NCBI GenBank assembly: GCA_964035545.1
Contig: OZ037767.1
Span: forward strand, 15,566,998 to 15,630,997
DNA: 64,000 bases
Origin: Bugula neritina
Taxonomy: Eukaryota; Animalia; Bryozoa
Direction: 5' to 3'
Shown one piece after another: positions 63,884-64,000 of this stretch. The notes beneath the pieces were generated by a model. That model worked only from the letters and a program-made list of their open reading frames with translations. It was not told where the DNA came from and made no database searches. Positions within the stretch are counted from its first letter, which is position 1, and each line of letters starts with the position of its first letter. A program made the position numbers and the translations under genes.

Positions 63884-64000
63884 ATCTGCCACATGCTGAG
63901 GAATTGAATTACTCAGTTTTCTGTATTTTATTAACTGATCCACACAAGTTTCCTCAAGTATAATGTTAGCTGAATTGTCAAACAAGCATATCATCACAAT

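Overview
AT-rich, intron-containing animal genomic DNA (invertebrate-like; species cannot be determined from sequence), densely packed with transposons and gene relics. Left end: a multi-exon ankyrin-repeat gene (minus strand) whose first coding exon is split by a young 6.0-kb Ty3/Gypsy-type LTR element (3050-9066; 353-bp LTRs, ATAG target duplication, tRNA-Leu PBS, PPT). This element is the most unusual object here. It keeps an intact gag, a -1 frameshift signal and an open pol frame with protease and the integrase H2C2 finger, but has lost RT/RNase H and the integrase core by in-frame deletions. It also carries a third, apparently spliced ORF with C2H2-type zinc fingers and a basic coiled-coil tail. 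Next come an intron-containing 3' fragment of CPEB1 and a damaged WSC/NHL-like/PAN gene. A 20.5-kb segment (17219-37779) bounded by 188-bp inverted repeats contains a decayed R4/Dong-type non-LTR element and simple repeats. Two copies of a three-exon gene for an unrecognised 78-aa protein (37847-38806, 62923-63883) are invisible to the ORF track. The right half holds an RTE-like endonuclease fragment, an intact 7-exon TRIM (RING-B-box-B-box-coiled coil-beta-propeller) gene, two inverted ~3.75-kb CACTA-like elements, a solo LTR, a second truncated Gypsy relic and a decayed BUB1-like kinase fragment. All alignments and counts were made by eye; no database searches were run.
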